DNA of 64,000 bases, from assembly GCA_965198065.1 (NCBI GenBank), contig CBDAON010000003.1:63984-127983 (forward strand), read 5' to 3'. How positions within the stretch are numbered: the first letter of the stretch is position 1; every line of letters begins with the position of its first letter. The notes under the pieces are model-generated. The model was not told the DNA's origin, made no database searches, and worked only from the letters and a program-made list of their open reading frames with translations. The DNA comes from Longimicrobiales bacterium. Lineage in GTDB: Bacteria; Gemmatimonadota; Gemmatimonadetes; Longimicrobiales; Gaopeijiaceae. Below are positions 10,426 through 18,381 of the stretch, piece by piece. Made by a program: the position numbers and the translations under genes.

Positions 10426-10514
10426 GGTCATATGCCCTTATGACCTTATAGGCAGCGTGCATATCGTCCCTATCATTCCTACCGTCCCTATCGTTCATAT
10501 CGTTTATACCGTTT
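10426..10514. promoter_or_regulatory. inverted repeat GGTCATA-N6-TATGACC plus six degenerate 9-bp tandem repeats upstream of the lipoprotein
   Basis: IR at 10426-10445; units atatcgtcc ctatcattc ctaccgtcc ctatcgttc atatcgttt ataccgttt at 10461-10514. Confidence 0.55.
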
Positions 10515-10581
10515 CCAGTCAATCCGTATGTGCTTACGAGTATTTTACTTAGGTGATCGGCCCGAGCTGTCGTCACGCTGA

Positions 10582-11647
10582 CCTGCCCCCAAAAGCGGTA
10601 CCACCTAGAGTGTTAGTCCAAGCACCTCCTTTTGGCTGGGGGGTGGTCCAAGAAGCAGAGGTAGGTTGAGCAGCTTTGGGTCTGGCCGGATCGCTTCGGG
10701 GGCCGGGGGTCGATAACCCAGAGAGCTGTGCGGTCGATGCGTGTTGTATTCGCGCCGCCACTGCTCGATCAGCACCTTCGCCTCCTCCAGCGAATGGAAG
10801 ATTTCGCGCTTCAGCAGCTCGTTTCGGAGCGTGCCGTTAAAGCTCTCATTGTAGCCGTTCTCCCACGGGCTGCCCGGCTCGATGAACAGCGTCTTCACGC
10901 CTAGCTCACCGAGCCACTGCCGAACCACTCGGGCCGTGAACTCCGGACCGTTGTCGGAGCGAAGATTCGCCGGTGGACCGTGCTCGGCAAACAGCTCGCT
11001 CAGCGTCTGCAGAACATCGTCCGCCTGAAGCCTGCGAGTCACCACGATCGCCAGGCACTCCCGGCTGTACTCATCCAGCACCGTCAGCATCTTGAGCGGC
11101 CGTCCATCATGCGTCCTGCCCCCAAAAGCGGTACCACCTAGAGTGTTAGTCCAAGCACCTCCTTTTGGCTGGGGGGTGGTCCAAGAAGCAGAGGTAGGTT
11201 GAGCAGCTTTGGGTCTGGCCGGATCGCTTCGGGGGCCGGGGGTCGATAACCCAGAGAGCTGTGCGGTCGATGCGTGTTGTATTCGCGCCGCCACTGCTCG
11301 ATCAGCACCTTCGCCTCCTCCAGCGAATGGAAGATTTCGCGCTTCAGCAGCTCGTTTCGGAGCGTGCCGTTAAAGCTCTCATTGTAGCCGTTCTCCCACG
11401 GGCTGCCCGGCTCGATGAACAGCGTCTTCACGCCTAGCTCACCGAGCCACTGCCGAACCACTCGGGCCGTGAACTCCGGACCGTTGTCGGAGCGAAGATT
11501 CGCCGGTGGACCGTGCTCGGCAAACAGCTCGCTCAGCGTCTGCAGAACATCGTCCGCCTGAAGCCTGCGAGTCACCACGATCGCCAGGCACTCCCGGCTG
11601 TACTCATCCAGCACCGTCAGCATCTTGAGCGGCCGTCCATCATGCGT
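10582..11647. repeat. 533-bp exact tandem duplication of the IS3 3' end
   Basis: 10582-11114 matches 11115-11647. Confidence 0.92.
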
Positions 11648-11987
11648 CCGGTCCGCCACGAAGTCATACGCCCATACATGGTGTCGGTACAGGGGCCGCA
11701 GTCGGATACAAGAACCGTCGGTCAGCCACAGCCTTCCCTCGTTTCGGCTGCTTACTTGGCACCTTGAGCCCCTCCTGTCTCCAGATCCGCTCCACCCGCT
11801 TGTGGTTCACGGCCCAGCCCTCCGTCCTCAGCATCCCCGTCACCATCCGGTACCCGTAGCGCCCGAACCTGCGAGCCACCTTCACCACGTCCTCTCTCAG
11901 CGCCTCCTCATCTTCGCTTCGCTTCGGTATCCGACGCTGCGTCGAGCGTGCCTGGCCCAACACCCGGCACGCCTTGCGCTCACTCAC

Positions 11988-12310
11988 GGCGCGTGGGCGT
12001 CGAGACGCTCTTTATCGAGCCGGGCAGCCCGTGGGAGAACGGCTACAACGAGAGCTTCAACGGCAAGCTCAGGGACGAGCTGTTGAACGGGGAGATCTTC
12101 TGCTCGTTGGCGGAGGCGGCCGTGCTGGTCGAGCAATGGAGGCGCGAGTACGATACCGTCCGACCCCACAGCGCCTGCGGCGGCTTTCCCCCGGCCCCTG
12201 AGGCGATTAAGCCGTCGCCCTGGTTCCTGAGGATGCCCGTCCTTCACCGCCCTCCACAGGTGCTGGGACTAACATAGGTTGTGGTACCGCTCTTCGGGGC
12301 AGGTCAAGAC
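11988..12310 (+). mobile_element. partial copy of IS3 element A 3' end
   Basis: Matches 5946-6268 at offset 6042, including the IRR and 4 flanking bases. Confidence 0.9.
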
Positions 12311-12659
12311 CTCCTCGCTGAAAAGCTTCGGACCAGGTCGATCCTAACATTGCACCTGGTCTCGTTTCAGGGGGTCAGGTCACTACCGCGGAAGGGATCG
12401 GTCACACCCGACGGAAGGCTGGGCGGCCTACATCGGGGGCGACGATGGCTGAGAGACGCCGTGTGGGCAGCTGCTTACGGTTGGTTGGCGAATGGCAAAT
12501 GCCGGAGGACCACAGGATGCTGGTGATGACGAGGGGTGGGGTGCGGAGAACAAGTTTCGACAACACCGGGTCTAAGCTTGGCCAAGCCGAAAAAGCACCC
12601 TCGTGGGATCCTCGGGATCTATGGGTCGTGCGATGTCGCGTATTGACCTGCCCCGAAAA

Positions 12660-13604
12660 TCAGAACGCGTATTTCATAACCAGAGTGACACCAATCGAGC
12701 TCAAGTCCTCGGTCTCAATGGTATAGACGACGGCGTTAGTTCCCGAGCCATTGTCAGAGCTATGACTGCGCAACTGATCCCATTCGTTACTGTCACTAAA
12801 CTTGGCGTGCTTGATCCAGCGTCCCTTGACTCCGATAGAAGCGTCGTCGGTCAGCATATAGTCCACTCCCACCATTGCTTGGTAGCCCAATATTGTATCG
12901 TGAAGCGTGTGACTGGCCGTTGTGGTCGTACCAGCGATTCTCTCATGCAGAGCCTGGCGGTCGACCGCTTCGTTGCCTCTGCCGTTGTAGGTAGCTTCGT
13001 CCGCCGTCTTGATGGCGTCAGGGTCTAGGTTTCGCGAAAAGAATCCGGCATAGTCTAGGCCGGCCATGCCGAGACCCACGCCGCCTCCGACATATGGACG
13101 GAGTTGTCCGGAAACCGGCAGGTCATAGTAGATGTTACCGACCAAACTGTTTATGTTGACACTTCCTATGCGTTCCTCCCCGCGGACAAGTTCCTGGTCC
13201 GATTTGTCCTGAACGTCCGCTCCTCCACCACCTAGCACTGAGGTCGCATTGTACTGCATGCCAGACCGAAAATATTCCACTTCAATTCTTGCCCCGATAT
13301 CGGTCTTAAAACCCAGAGCGACGCCGGAGATTATTCCGGTTGAACTACCGAAGCTGTTGATCCAAGTGGACGCTGCGGACGAGCATTCTCCGGGCTCAGT
13401 AATTCCCGGTGGCGAGAAGTGGTTGGCGGGATCCAGGTGCCTGTCGCAGAGAGTTGGAAAATCAGTATCGCTACCTAGAGTACCCAAGGAATTTCCGATC
13501 CCAAGGCCCGACTCAGTACTCACGTATAGCTGTTGGGCCTCCGATACACACGGAAGCATCAATGAGACCAAAAAGCACGAGACAACAGATATGAGCCGAT
13601 TCAT
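12660..13604 (-). CDS. Opa/P44-Msp2-like outer-membrane beta-barrel protein, paralog of 3800-4732
   Basis: Signal peptide, RIEVEY, GNIYYD, RPYVGGGVG, YQAMVGVDY, terminal MKYAF; shared loop motifs SRNxDP and WDxLRSH. Confidence 0.85.
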   Translation of the reverse strand: MNRLISVVSCFLVSLMLPCVSEAQQLYVSTESGLGIGNSLGTLGSDTDFPTLCDRHLDPANHFSPPGITEPGECSSAASTWINSFGSSTGIISGVALGFKTDIGARIEVEYFRSGMQYNATSVLGGGGADVQDKSDQELVRGEERIGSVNINSLVGNIYYDLPVSGQLRPYVGGGVGLGMAGLDYAGFFSRNLDPDAIKTADEATYNGRGNEAVDRQALHERIAGTTTTASHTLHDTILGYQAMVGVDYMLTDDASIGVKGRWIKHAKFSDSNEWDQLRSHSSDNGSGTNAVVYTIETEDLSSIGVTLVMKYAF

Positions 13605-13754
13605 GTCATGCTCCTCTTCTTAATGGACAACATAGAGTCCACACCGTCAAGGCTAGACTCTGACGATATATCCTGACTCTCTCCCTTGTTCTTCGATTGC
13701 CGAAACAGCTCCCCACACGCCCGTCGAGCTCACCTGGATTCCCTTGAGCAGCAA

Positions 13755-13915
13755 CTCGTTTCCCCAGCTCCTGAGCCAGACGTAGCAGGCTCAGCTTCCG
13801 ACGCGCCATCTTCTCCTTCTGGACGGTGGTCATCTTCCCCTCGTGGCTTGAGTGGACTTAGCAACTCTCAAGTAACCACGGCAAGGGCGGTTGGCCACCG
13901 TCCTCTTTCCCCGGC
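13755..13915 (-). mobile_element. IS481-family 5' remnant
   Basis: MTTVQKEKMARRKLSLLRLAQELG is typical of IS481-family transposase N-termini; truncated; boundaries approximate. Confidence 0.65.
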
Positions 13916-13928
13916 CAAACTGTCGCCT

Positions 13929-14141
13929 TCAGCGCCTTGGCGGCGATGTGAGGAGCACCCGCATGCCCGCGCTGCTGATGAAATCGAGACGGCTGAAGTC
14001 GACGACCACGCGCCGCTCTCCGCTGCTAACGTGGTCCATGACGACAGACTCGAACGAGCGCACGTTTCCGCTGTCGAGTCGTCCGACGGGCGACAGCACC
14101 AAGACCTCGTCGTTCCGCTCCTCCGCGACTTCGATATCCAT
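13929..14141 (-). pseudogene. STAS anti-anti-sigma factor, frameshifted and truncated
   Basis: LSPVGRLDS...VVVDFSRLDFISSAGMRVLL; continues as IAAKALKA in a shifted frame before the IS481 remnant. Confidence 0.8.
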
Positions 14142-14174
14142 TCGATGCACCCTCTCGTTGCTACGCCAGCCGCT

Positions 14175-14300
14175 TCACGCTGCGCCTGGTGTGAGATCGT
14201 GTTCCAGTGTCAACCGATTCTTGCCGTCTAGGTACTCGTACTTCATTCGGCCGGCAGACATCGCCGCCTTTCCCATGCAATGAGCCGGACAAGCCTCGGT
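14175..14300 (-). pseudogene. C-terminal remnant of an RsbW-type anti-sigma factor
   Basis: RMKYEYLDGKNRLTLE immediately upstream of the STAS gene. Confidence 0.55.
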
Positions 14301-14360
14301 GCTGCGGAGCGCGGGCGAGGTTCGGGCGCCGCTGCCATTCGAGCCGCCAGACCTCGGCCA

Positions 14361-15105
14361 GGTCAAGTCCCGAGTTGTGTGTAAAAGTGAGAGGAAGCTC
14401 CTCGATGCTTCGGTTAGGCTGCCTTGGCGACCTCCTTCCCTCTCTGCCAACTTAGGTGAGACACGGAACAAGTAAAGAATTAGAGTAGGGCGAAGGCAGA
14501 GAAACCGAGGATGCTGAGACACCGAGAGAGCATGGAAGAGAATAGAATCGCCCCACTAACCTGGGAGGGTAAGCGAAGCGCGGCAGCTGCTCCGGACGCG
14601 GAGGTGGTAGATAAGCCGACGCGCCGACGGTTTAGTCCGTCGTACAAGCTGCGGGTCGTCGAAGAAGCGGACCGGTGCACGGAGCCGGGAGAGGTAGGGC
14701 GACTCCTACGACGGGAGGGCTTGTACTCGTCGCACCTGACGACATGGCGCAAGGCGGTGCGGAGTGGGTCGCTGAGAGCGCTGTCGAAGAGACGAGGTCG
14801 AAAGCCGAGCGAACGGAATCCGCTGGAGGGGAAAGTGCGCAAGCTGGAGCGCGAGAACACTCGCCTGGAGAAGGAACTCGAGAAGGCGCGCCTGATCATC
14901 GACGTCCAGGGAAAAGTTGCAGGGCTGCTGGGATTGAGCCTCGAGGACGGGACGAACTCGTGAAGGCGGCCGAGGCGCTGGCCACGTACGTAGGGGTAAA
15001 GCCCGCGTGCGATGCGCTCAGGGTCGCCCGAGCCACGTTAAGCCCGTCTCAACCCAACAGCGGAAGAATGCCGCCTGATACGTTTACACACCTATTGACC
15101 CAACC
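14361..15105 (+). mobile_element. composite remnant: IS256-like terminal inverted repeats enclosing IS3-type orfA and the start of orfB
   Basis: Left GGTCAAGTCCCGAGTTGTGTGTAAAAG, right TTTACACACCTATTGACCCAACC; orfA 14511-14963 PTRRRFSPSYKLRVVEEAD..LLRREGLYSSHL. Confidence 0.65.
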
Positions 15106-15109
15106 TCCG

Positions 15110-16437
15110 CCGAGACGCCGGAAGGCTCCTACGGTTCGGGTCTAGTCTAGAAATCAAGCTGGCTGATCATGCCCTGATGGGCCTTGCCCGAATGCCTACA
15201 GGCGGTCCTCAGCGCCGCGAGGACCTGATGGAGCCTCCTAGCGGCCGTAGTAGCGAGCGACGGCGCCGCGGCCCGTGAGGCGTCCCCGATCCATCGGGCC
15301 GGAGCTCCACGTCTCCCCACGTGAGGGCGGCGGCTTCGATTCTCGCTATAGCATTCGCCAGTGGCGGCGCATACCCCGCGGTCAGGTCTGGCTGTAGCTA
15401 GAAATGATGCTTCATTCCAAGACTGACTCCCACAAAGGAAAAACCGTCGGTCGACATCGTACCGTCCACGGGCTCACTGCCATCGCGCCGCAGATTCGGC
15501 ACATGGCTGCGCAACGGATCCCAGACCACGGTACCTGCAAATTCACCCAAGCTCATCCAGCGAGCCCTGAGTCCTACCGACACCGTTTCCGACACCGGGT
15601 AATCGAATCCAGCGAGAATCTGGTAACTGGTCTGTGTATCCCCCATGGTGGCCTGCGCCGAGCTGGACGTGCCGGCTAGATTGCGCGCGATTTGATCGGC
15701 GTTGGGCTGGTCTCGACCCGTGTCTATGGCCACCGGATCCGTGTTTCTGGACCACACGCTCGCGTAGTCTGCATTCGTTCTCCCAATCCCCATACCCAAC
15801 CCCACGAACGGCGTGAAGCCCCCGGCCACGCCAGGCAGGTCCAGGTACACGTTGCCCATCAGGCTCTTCGATTCGACGAGACCCAACCACTCCTGCGCCA
15901 AGAACAGTTCGTCGCTCAGCTTGTCGGCATTGACCCCCTGGGCGGCGAGCACCCCGGACCGCTGGGAGTAGTTGGAGCTCCTCATCACGTACTCTACCTC
16001 TGCCCGCACCATGCCGTGCAACCGGTATCCCATCACAGCGCTCATCGCAACGCCACCGGCTCTATCGAACGGCACACTCCAACTGTCTCCCACGCCACGT
16101 GCCGCGTCGGTGCAGCCAGGTACGGACGCATATAGCGGGTTGATGAACTCATCGCAGATGCTGGCGCGATCATTGCTGTCACCCGTCATGGTCACCGCAG
16201 ACGATAAGAGAGTTCCTAGTTCTGCGCCCACATAGAACCGTCGCTCGCCTTGTGCCAGAGCGGGCGTGGCCATGGGAAAGAGCACGGTACAAGTCACGAT
16301 GAGAGAATACAGACAGCGGCTTCGTATCATGATGTTTTAGTCCCCTGACAAGGTTGTGCTGAAAAACGAAAGTGTTGCAGTCCGTCCCTTCTCTCAGACC
16401 CCCAACAACACGAGCCATTTGTCCAGATCGCAATTAG
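15110..16437. repeat. 1328-bp direct repeat, copy 2
   Basis: Matches 3512-4839. Confidence 0.95.
15398..16330 (-). CDS. Opa/P44-Msp2-like outer-membrane beta-barrel protein, copy 2 (identical to copy 1)
   Basis: Translation identical to 3800-4732. Confidence 0.85.
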   Translation of the reverse strand: MIRSRCLYSLIVTCTVLFPMATPALAQGERRFYVGAELGTLLSSAVTMTGDSNDRASICDEFINPLYASVPGCTDAARGVGDSWSVPFDRAGGVAMSAVMGYRLHGMVRAEVEYVMRSSNYSQRSGVLAAQGVNADKLSDELFLAQEWLGLVESKSLMGNVYLDLPGVAGGFTPFVGLGMGIGRTNADYASVWSRNTDPVAIDTGRDQPNADQIARNLAGTSSSAQATMGDTQTSYQILAGFDYPVSETVSVGLRARWMSLGEFAGTVVWDPLRSHVPNLRRDGSEPVDGTMSTDGFSFVGVSLGMKHHF

Positions 16438-16520
16438 GGCCTGTTAACACTATCTGAGAGCCTCGACGATGAGCGCAAAGTGGATGAAGGCCGTGAACAT
16501 CACGTCGAGCTTGTCGCAAG
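16437..16520 (-). mobile_element. IS5-family right-end remnant
   Basis: Minus strand reads DKLDVMFTAFIHFALIVEALR* then TGTTAACAGGCCC and a TAA/TTA target-like site. Confidence 0.7.
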
Positions 16521-16571
16521 GCTCACACGGCCAACCCGCTCGTCCCCCGGACGTTCCCGTTCGGCCCGAAG

Positions 16572-17210
16572 ATGGCGATCTTCCACGGTGTGAGGACCAA
16601 GACAGCAGTTCTGCTGGCCGGTGTGGTCGGGATCGCGGCCGGGGCCCTGGGCCTCGGACTCGCGCGCCTCGCCGTGCTTCCGCCTCAGGAGTACGTCCAC
16701 TTCCATGCGAACTGGGCCCTCTGGCTGAACGGGGAGCGGGTCGACTTCACGGGGGACGAGTACATGGAGGACGTCGGGCTCTGCATGTCCGCGGATGCGG
16801 AGATCACCGGGCCTGGAAGGGTGCACCTCCACGAGAACAACGCCGACGTCCTGCACGTCCATCACGACGGGGTCACCTGGGGGCATTTTCTCCAGAACCT
16901 CGGCTGGGCGATGGGTCCGGACTGGGTCATGACGGATCGCCAGGAGATTTACCGCGACGGGGAAGGCGCCCGTCTCACGTTCATCCTGAACGGCTTCAGC
17001 GTGCCACCGGTGAACGAGAGGCTGATCCGCCCCGGCGACCGCCTCCTCGCTTCCTTCGGGTCCGAGTCGGTTGAGGAGCTCGTCAGGTACCGGTTCCCGG
17101 AGGTCGCGTCGAACGCCCCGACCTACGACGAGACCTTCGACCCGGCTGGCTGCCAAGGGCAGGAGCCCGAGACCTTTTCCGATCGACTGAGGCGGGCGTT
17201 CTGGCTCTGA
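16572..17210 (+). CDS. membrane-anchored His-rich hypothetical protein
   Basis: N-terminal TM; HFHANWALWLNG, VHLHENNADVLHVHHDGVTWGHF, two Cys. Confidence 0.7.
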   Translation: MAIFHGVRTKTAVLLAGVVGIAAGALGLGLARLAVLPPQEYVHFHANWALWLNGERVDFTGDEYMEDVGLCMSADAEITGPGRVHLHENNADVLHVHHDGVTWGHFLQNLGWAMGPDWVMTDRQEIYRDGEGARLTFILNGFSVPPVNERLIRPGDRLLASFGSESVEELVRYRFPEVASNAPTYDETFDPAGCQGQEPETFSDRLRRAFWL

Positions 17211-17225
17211 GGCTCGGGTACGCCT

Positions 17226-18329
17226 TCAGTCCCCGAACGACATCCCCAATCGACGCGCGGTGATCAGCACGTCGCTGTCATCGGGCACGCTCTTCACGTT
17301 CGCAACCGCCTCCTCGAGCGGCACGGCCAGGATCTCCGGGGGATCGAGGGCGACCATGCACCCAAACTTCTCCCGGGCCACCAGGTCCACAGCCGCGGCC
17401 CCGAAGCGCAGCGCGAGGAGCCGGTCATAGGCTGTGGGCTGCCCGCCCCTCTGCAGGTGCCCAAGCACGAGGCTTCGGCTCTCGAAGCCCAGCCGCTTCG
17501 AGAGCTCGCTCGCGACCCGCTCCCCCATCCCGTGGTAGCACGTACCCCCTTCGGTGCGACCGGGACCACTCGAAACCACGGCCGCTTCCTCGCCCTCGGG
17601 CCGTGCCCCTTCCGCCACCACGACGAGCGCGTACGGAGGACCCCGTTCGTACTTGGCCCGGATGTCGTAGGCCAGCGAGTCCCAGCGAAACGGGATTTCG
17701 GGAATGAGGATGGCGTCCGCCGATCCCGACACTCCCGCGTAGAGCGCGATCCAGCCGGTATGTCGCCCCATCAGCTCGATGGCCATGATCCGTTCGTGGG
17801 ATCGCGCTGTCGAGTGGAGCTTGTCGATCGCGTCGGTCGCCGTCTGGACGGCCGTGTGGAAGCCGAACGTGACCTGGGTGGCGGCCAGGTCGTTGTCGAT
17901 CGTCTTCGGGACGCCCACGACGGGAAGCCCACGTCGAGAGAGATCCGCCGCGATCCGCAGGGATCCATCTCCCCCGATAGCTACGAGCGCGTCGAGCCCT
18001 GCCCCACGGAACGCCTCGAGGACGTCCTCGGAGCGATCCACGATCTCGACCGATCCATCTGGGAGCGCCCTGGGCCAAGCCAGCGGGTTACCCCTGTTCG
18101 TCGTCCCGAGGATCGTCCCCCCGAGATGGGCGATTCCCTGCACGGACTCCCGGTCCATGCGGACCACCCCGCTCGCGGTGAAAAGGCCCTCGTATCCGTG
18201 CTCAATCCCGAACACCTCCCAACCCTGATTGAGCGCGGACAGCACGACGGAACGGATCACCGCGTTGAGTCCCGGAGCGTCTCCGCCGCCGGTGTTCACG
18301 GCCAGTCGGAACGCCTGCGTAGGGGTCAC
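17226..18329 (-). CDS. pfkA: 6-phosphofructokinase (group III type)
   Basis: TGGGDAPGLN, GGTILGT, GGDGS, PKTIDND, ELMGRH, LGHLQRGG. Confidence 0.93.
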   Translation of the reverse strand: MTPTQAFRLAVNTGGGDAPGLNAVIRSVVLSALNQGWEVFGIEHGYEGLFTASGVVRMDRESVQGIAHLGGTILGTTNRGNPLAWPRALPDGSVEIVDRSEDVLEAFRGAGLDALVAIGGDGSLRIAADLSRRGLPVVGVPKTIDNDLAATQVTFGFHTAVQTATDAIDKLHSTARSHERIMAIELMGRHTGWIALYAGVSGSADAILIPEIPFRWDSLAYDIRAKYERGPPYALVVVAEGARPEGEEAAVVSSGPGRTEGGTCYHGMGERVASELSKRLGFESRSLVLGHLQRGGQPTAYDRLLALRFGAAAVDLVAREKFGCMVALDPPEILAVPLEEAVANVKSVPDDSDVLITARRLGMSFGD

Positions 18330-18381
18330 TGGAAGGGCTCCGGCATCGCGTCGGCGGATCGCCCCGGGGCAGTCTCGGGCC

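Larger units (their letters stand above)
10579..12382 (-). mobile_element. rearranged IS3-family element B with a tandem-duplicated 3' part and orfA replaced by an inverted piece of element A
   Basis: IRR TGACCTGCCCCCAAAAGCGGTACCA at 10579; IRL TGACCTGACCCCCTGAAACGAGACCA reading leftward from 12382; integrase motifs SDNGPEF and PGSPWENG. Confidence 0.88.
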
